DNA of 51,227 bases, the filler included, from Catajapyx aquilonaris (Eukaryota): the NCBI GenBank assembly GCA_000934665.2. It is 3 parts of 3 records of this genome, joined end to end, with 100 filler letters (N's around TTAATTAATTAA, not from the genome) between each part and the next. Parts side by side here need not be neighbours in the genome. Positions count along the whole stretch, not along the records: positions 34,220 to 51,227 come from JYFJ02007059.1; 2 more parts are not named here. One strand, 5' to 3'. The position numbers and the translations under genes are program-made. Below are positions 46,832 to 51,227 of the stretch, piece by piece. Numbering within the stretch: the stretch's first letter is position 1; each line of letters starts with the position of its first letter. The notes under the pieces are model-generated. The model did no database searches. It saw nothing but the letters and a program-made list of their open reading frames with translations, and was not told the DNA's origin.

Positions 46832-47140
46832 TTTATATTAGCTTCACTACAACGGATGTCTGTCCGCCCGCGTGCAGCGAGTTCGCCATTCCCCCACCAT
46901 CTAGTGGTAGGTATTCACATTATAAGCGTGAGTTCGCAACCTCAACGCCAGATAGCGGTAGTAGTCACGTGAGTTTGTGAGATCGCTGCTTCCACACCAT
47001 CATCGGGAGGTAGTCACGTGAGTGAATGAGGTAGTCACGTGAGTGGATGAGTTCGAAACCTCCATACGCCAGACGGCAGAGTGACAGGCTCTCAGAATCG
47101 CATTCGCTACCTCATAAAGCGTGTCCTTAAAAAGGTTTTT
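46832..47140. repeat. possible Helentron/DINE-1-like non-autonomous element
   Basis: TTTATATTAGCTTCAC start, GTCTGTCCGCCCG micro-repeat, internal tandem GTAGTCACGTGAG, T-rich end; sub-terminal IR not confirmed. Confidence 0.35.
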
Positions 47141-47202
47141 TAAAGTCTGTGCTTGTTGTGCCCCAATCAAGGTGCCCTATTCTAAAGCAACTGCAACATT
47201 TC

Positions 47203-47400
47203 GGGGATGAGGCAGAGTGGTGCTGCGGTAACGCACGCGCCCACAGATGTTAAGGTCCCGGGTTCGATCCCCTTCATCTCGTGCAGAGTTGGGCCATCTC
47301 TAGCTTCGTCTCGGGTGGAAATTTCCGCTAGACTAATCCACCCGGGGGAGTTCACAAAATGACCAATATACGACATTGCACTTGCACTTTGCACATCCCC
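47203..47400 (+). mobile_element. tRNA-derived SINE
   Basis: A-box-like TGGTGCTGCGGTAA, B box GGTTCGATCCC, (TTGCAC)n-like tail. Confidence 0.55.
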
Positions 47401-48941
47401 TCCTACTTACCCTTGGAACAATTAAAACATACACATTATGTACGGTTCCAAACATGGTCGTATCCCACTCCCCTAACAAGGGCCCAGGGCCCGATAATGG
47501 GGTACAGTTGAAAAAAAAACTGGAACATTTCAACCACCTGGAAATAATGGAGCACCTGGATCGGGGTGCAACAAATACCAAAAAATAACTACGGTACTTA
47601 GGGCCATATTAGTGATGACGGAAAACATCCATGAACTTGGAACACCCTGGAAGTTCGAGAACCTCCCAAAAGGCATCATGTTCAACTTGTAATATCGGTA
47701 ATATGGTGGAAGACACTCGTGCAAAGAAGTCTGACACAGGCAAAAAACTTTTCTTGTTTAAGGTGACACAAGCTTAGGTGAATGTAACTGACAAAGTACA
47801 GTGAAATCCTCCTATACTGTAAGCACATCGGATGTACAGCAAGCAAATACTGCAGAAAGGTCTGTCCCTTCACATTTCCAGCAGTGCCAATGTACAAGTA
47901 CAGTTGAATCCGGATATAACAGACTTGTCTGCTATTTTATGACTGAACAAATCATTATTCAGAACTGCACATTTTGCTTTTAGAACTGCACAAATTGTTT
48001 AGAACTGCACACGACAGAACCCCCCCCCCCCTCTCTCTCTCTCACCAATCCTCCACATCTAGGTCATTTTTATCTGTATTTTCAAGGTGCAGGCCAAGAA
48101 CGATAATGCAGTGAATCTGTGAATGTATGAACACACTGTACTCGCGATTATCCGTGCTAATGAATGCATGTATTGGATGGATAATCCGAAAACACCGATC
48201 ATTCGAAAATGATCCTAGATGCCATAAAAATTAGCTATTCATAGGTTAATCGCTGATTGATTAGGGATTTATAATTCCAGCAGCCATCTATTATTATTGA
48301 TAATTAATTTTTCAGGTCACCTGTACTACTTACAGCAGATGATTATTTACCTGTTGGGAGGGGTCCCGGCACAGAGGGGGCCCTTTTGGGCCTGTGACAT
48401 CTAAAAACATTTTACGAACTTCGATTGTAATGAAATTAATGTGTGTTTTTCGGTTTTTATTACCAATTACCTAAAAAAATTATAAGTTTATCACTGCTAA
48501 AGGAGTGCGGGGGCCCCATACGTTCAATTGTAAAAGGAACAACGTCATCCCTATCATCCCCCGTTGGACGGGCCCAGCGACCCGTACACACCGGCTCTGT
48601 GTATCAATGTATAGAATAGATTGGGCCCCTATTTCGTTGGGCCCTGGGCACGTGCCTCGGTAGATCCCTTCGGTAATACGGCACTGACTGATATTGCAAA
48701 TTTTTGTATGTGAGACATTATATTACAGTGAGTATCTCATTAGGTCTGGCAATAATGCTGATTAACTACTGCAGACATAATACAATGATAAACTTTTGCT
48801 ATCTGTTAGCTGTAGCTCAGGTTGCACAACTGAAGATTTCACTGTAGAGTGTAGAGCATTTATCATTTATTCATTGTTGTGATCAATTCCATAAGCCTAT
48901 TCAATTCCAAAATAATGCAATCAATTCGACAGGTCAAGTTA

Positions 48942-49760
48942 CGAGATAGGCGCCAAAAGTTTCCAGCCTGACTATGTTCCAGGGGTAATAGAAATCAAAC
49001 AAATATAGTGTCAGGTAGTCCCGATTATGAGGGGAGGAATGTGCAAGTTTCACCTGGCAACGTCAGTCAGTCTCTTAGAAAAATCAACTTTAGTCAGACG
49101 AGTTGCAACATGTGGAAATCGAGTATAGAGAGTGATCAAGTTCCTCACCAAGGAAGGCCTTACTACCATGTCCATTAAACAGGGCTTGGATGGTGTGTAT
49201 GATGAACCTTCCTCCTCATCTTCCACCATGAAGAAATGGGCGAAGAAGGTTCGTTTGGGTTGCGAGAGCATCGAAGGCGAGCTCTGCGACTTTCGACCCA
49301 TGGAGGTGCTGACAGCAGAGACCGTCATATCGTCACTCTTGCGGAGGAGTAGGTGCTGCAAGCAGGCCCTTGAAGGTAAAGGAACTCTTAGCAATGTTGG
49401 GGGTTTCAGACATTTCCTCTCATTCTTCATAAACACCTTCACATGAAAAAGGTTAGCACAAGATGGGTGCCCCGACGTCTGTCTGCAATTCAAAAGCAAA
49501 CATGACTAACATGTTGCGAAACGTTTTCGGACCTTCGCCGTGGCAAACAGAAAGAAGTATTGGTGTCCATTGTCACAGGAGATGAAACTATGGTCTTGTG
49601 CTATGATCCTCTATCAAAAAGAGAATTATTAATGGAATGGCGTAGGGCAGGCGGAAAGCGGTCGAGTGACCCGGTCGACCCAGAAGATCATGGTGACGAT
49701 TCTTTAGAATTCCAAAGGAATCTTACTGATAGACTTCAATGATTAAGACATGATTGTCTA
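48942..49760 (+). mobile_element. mariner transposon remnant (5' part)
   Basis: TA|CGAGATAGGCGCCAAAAGTTTCC start; VIKFLTKEG...KKWAKK, LHMKKVSTRWVPRRLS, IVTGDETMV.CYDP; frameshifted and truncated. Confidence 0.88.
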
Positions 49761-49781
49761 CGGGCAATTCCACGTGAACGT

Positions 49782-51227
49782 TGTGGGGACCACGTGTGTG
49801 GTTCCAGCGTTTATCCTCTTTTGGAAATTGTCCCTGTTCTTGTGCGCCATCTGGGGGCAGTAATACTGTATAAAAGGAAGGGGGCTTCGGCCCTCGAGAA
49901 GACTCTCTCTCCTGTATCTCTCCTGCAATACATTGTTGTAACCTCCTACCGGTCTCTTATTCCCACACCCTGCGACCTAGGTAGGTCAGGGGTCAGGGCA
50001 AGGGTCCTGACATTTGGCGCCCAATGTGGTTTTGTGTAGACAATCTGCACATGCCCGGTTGTGGTATGGAGGACGATGAGGTATTGCGGCCGGATTCGGC
50101 TTGCGGGTCGAGCAGAGGAGAGAGGGTGAGTACGGGCGGGCAGGTCAACGTTGACTTGCCGCCGTACGTTGGGTCGAGGGGGACGAAGCCGTCCTCCATG
50201 ACCCTGCTGCAAATCCGGAGGCGGTAAAAGTGCCGTTCCGGAGGAGTATTGCGTGCTGTTGGTTGTTGCCGGACAACAGACCAGCCATGCAATACGCAGC
50301 ATTGCAGGGCATGTGTCGGGTGTACCAATTCCTGGGTGTACCCGTCCTTGTCCAGCAGGAACGACATTGCTCCAGAACGTGCGTTTCCGGGCGTGTCGGA
50401 TCGACATGACGGTGGTCAGTCGGAGCATTGTCGGAGCGAACCTCGATGCAGGGTGTCGAGGTGCCGCCGTATGTTGGGGGGTATGAGGGGGACGAATCTG
50501 TCCTGAGTGACCCCGCTGCCAAAATCCGGAGGCGGCTAGTGCTGATCCGGATGAGCAGCTGCGTGTTGTTGGTTGTTGACGCTCAACAGACCACGCATGC
50601 GATATGCAGCAATGCAGGGCATGGGTCGGGAGTACCCGTACTTGTCCAGCAGTGGTGATGCGGTTCCGGAACGTGTGTTTCCGGACGTGTCGAACCGGGA
50701 TGACGATGGTCAGTCGCCTGCCAAATGGCGGGGCTGTTGGTCTCGATGCAAGACGTCGAGGTGCCAGCTGTAAGACTGGTGTCGACGGGAGTCGGTTGAA
50801 ATGACGACTGTCGATGCCTCAAAGATGTTGCCTTGTTGCTGATGCAATAGCGATGAAGGTGGTGTCATTTTGTCACGAGTAGGTGCGCATATTGCCGTAC
50901 CAACTCCACTGTACGTACTGTGCCTCTGAGGTACCGGAGCATGATCCGGTACGGAGAGGGGAAGATAGGTTGTCGATGCACGCTGCATGCACCGAAACTT
51001 TCTTTGACGATTCAGGGTCGACGTTGACTTATGAATCTGGACAGGAAATTGACAGAATGTACAGTACATGTACTGTCATACCCTACGGAGCACTCAGGTG
51101 CAAGCACCGCACGGACGGTGTCGATTGTGCCGGTGTCGATTGTGCCGGTGTCGGGCTGTCACAGGTTGCGTGGGAGAGTTCCCTGTCGCGCCAAGTGACC
51201 GTGACCTTCGTTGACTGATGAAGTAAC
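49782..51227 (+). mobile_element. LTR retrotransposon 5' end (LTR 49782-50012, tRNA-Lys PBS, internal leader)
   Basis: LTR TGTGGGGACC...GGTCCTGACA with imperfect terminal IR and TATAAAAGG; PBS TGGCGCCCAATGTGG at 50015-50029, 2 nt after the LTR. Confidence 0.8.

Noticed and set aside
49946..50822. overlapping ORFs on both strands
   Set aside because: GC-rich tandem duplication within the LTR element leader; no gag motif and frames not conserved between units.

Overview
Animal (invertebrate-like) genomic DNA. The window is three ~17 kb segments (1-17007, 17108-34119, 34220-51227) joined by artificial 100-nt N44-TTAATTAATTAA-N44 linkers, so adjacency across the gaps is not biological. Segment 1 holds a 12-exon minus-strand TBC1D5 (Rab7 GAP) gene, reconstructed by hand to about 555 aa, with transposon-filled introns. 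Segment 2 holds a 5'-truncated non-LTR retrotransposon and the most unusual feature: seven minus-strand, phase 0-0, stop-free Pro/Ala/Ser/Gln-rich exon candidates with paralogous intron flanks. Part of this locus lies in a multi-kb inverted duplication with a possible divergent second copy. Segment 3 is mostly nested mobile DNA: Tc1/mariner, pogo/Tigger, hAT, PIF-like MITEs, SINEs and an LTR element start. Fold-back (long inverted repeat) transposon derivatives are very frequent throughout. All calls come from reading the sequence and from recalled family motifs; no database search was run.
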